From positions 80,384-144,383 of the forward strand of contig JAQUKY010000001.1 in NCBI GenBank assembly GCA_028718805.1: a stretch of DNA of 64,000 nt, in the 5' to 3' direction. Made by a program: the position numbers and the translations under genes. Of this stretch, positions 63,344-64,000 are shown in pieces (within the stretch, counting starts at the first letter, position 1; every line of letters begins with the position of its first letter). The DNA comes from Candidatus Nanoarchaeia archaeon (lineage in GTDB: Archaea; Nanobdellota; Nanobdellia; Pacearchaeales; GW2011-AR1). Under the pieces are notes generated by a model that searched no databases, was not told the DNA's origin, and worked only from the letters and a program-made list of their open reading frames with translations.

Positions 63344-64000
63344 TCATCTGGAGAAAATCCCGAGCAAGCCAGGTTTTTTTACTTTTTGTCTTATCTCTTC
63401 TCTTATCCCTTCTTCTGAAAATTTAATATCATCTTCTGTTTCTATTATCTCCAGCTTGATTGGTTTTTTTGTTATGTGGCTTTTTTCGCAGACAGTGCAT
63501 ATCTCTTTTAATGCAACTTCTGCATAAAATTTTCCTTCGCTTGCCACAAGTGAGTATGCATACCCCAAGGATTTTAGTTTTTGGGGCTCAGTTTCTTTAA
63601 ATGTCAGTGTATGCTCTCCGAGAGGCATGAAAATTGTTTTCCCTCCTATGTTAAAATAGAATTTGTTGTCTTTAGTATGCATATAATTTATTTTTGGATT
63701 AATGATTTTTCTTTCTACAGTATACGTGTTAAAGGGCTTTGTTGATTTTATTTCAAGTTCAACTCCTCCTTCTCTAATGAGGAATCTGTTTCTTTCAAAT
63801 TCGTTTTTTACGGGATCGTTTCCTATTAGGATTATTTCCCTGTTTCCTGCTATTGAATGAACAAGTTTTTCTAAATTTCTGTCATCTGTTCCAGAATGCC
63901 AGGCGCCCATGCCATGATGGCTGTGCCAACAGCCTATTGCATCATATCCAAGATTTTCAATTTCTGCCTTGGATTTGAATGCACCTTCCGGGCCAATTGA
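63344..64000 (-). CDS. JAB/MPN+ (JAMM) metalloprotease with C-terminal extension; 5' end outside the window
   Basis: The frame stays open to position 64000. JAMM motif WHSHHGMGAWHSGTD (HxH-x7-S-xx-D), followed by about 185 aa of unassigned sequence. Confidence 0.8.
   Translation of the reverse strand, partial: SIGPEGAFKSKAEIENLGYDAIGCWHSHHGMGAWHSGTDDRNLEKLVHSIAGNREIILIGNDPVKNEFERNRFLIREGGVELEIKSTKPFNTYTVERKIINPKINYMHTKDNKFYFNIGGKTIFMPLGEHTLTFKETEPQKLKSLGYAYSLVASEGKFYAEVALKEICTVCEKSHITKKPIKLEIIETEDDIKFSEEGIREEIRQKVKKPGLLGIFSR

Overview
AT-rich archaeal chromosome segment. All functional calls come from motifs read in the supplied translations; no database search was possible. The archaeal assignment rests on two TFS paralogs, Cdc48, family-B DNA polymerase, FEN1, RFC small and large subunits, an OB-fold SSB, eL41, type-2 MetAP, Sec11-type signal peptidase, a Trm5-like methyltransferase, archaeal NadM and one tRNA-Lys(CUU). 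Tight packing and many orphan small ORFs suggest a small-genome, DPANN-like lineage, but that is inference. No rRNA, CRISPR array, transposase or integrase was seen.

The main feature is the centre of the window. From 33746 down to 17089 on the minus strand, 21 back-to-back genes form two transcription units that collect essentially every known NAD route: de novo nadA and a nadC-nadB fusion; Preiss-Handler pncA, pncB, nadD and nadE; riboside salvage pnuC, nadR and a nucleoside hydrolase; NAD kinase; ADP-ribosylglycohydrolase; and four Nudix domains. A PfkB kinase and a third NMNAT (nadM) flank the cluster. The last gene is a Nudix plus winged-helix NrtR-like regulator. Both promoter regions carry the same perfect palindrome, TAGTGTA-N5-TACACTA, fused to a TTTAAATA TATA box.

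Nested in this cluster is an uncharacterised module at 28249-31390: a PLP-fold protein, a radical SAM enzyme and four small ORFs, two of them paralogous. An unknown 137-aa gene leads the operon. This module is my best candidate for an undescribed system.

Other candidates:
- A JAB/MPN+ protease and a tandem-ThiF (pseudo-heterodimeric) E1-like gene pair with a membrane coiled-coil partner, at the right edge and truncated by the window.
- A FabF-type ketosynthase coupled to a U32-like Fe-S TIM-barrel protein.
- Three unknown genes wedged between rfcS and rfcL.
- A recurrent 80-120 bp intergenic cassette, with at least 7 full and 3 partial copies.
- MTAP-APRT, NadC-NadB and NDT-Nudix fusions.
- Several homopolymer-associated frame disruptions.
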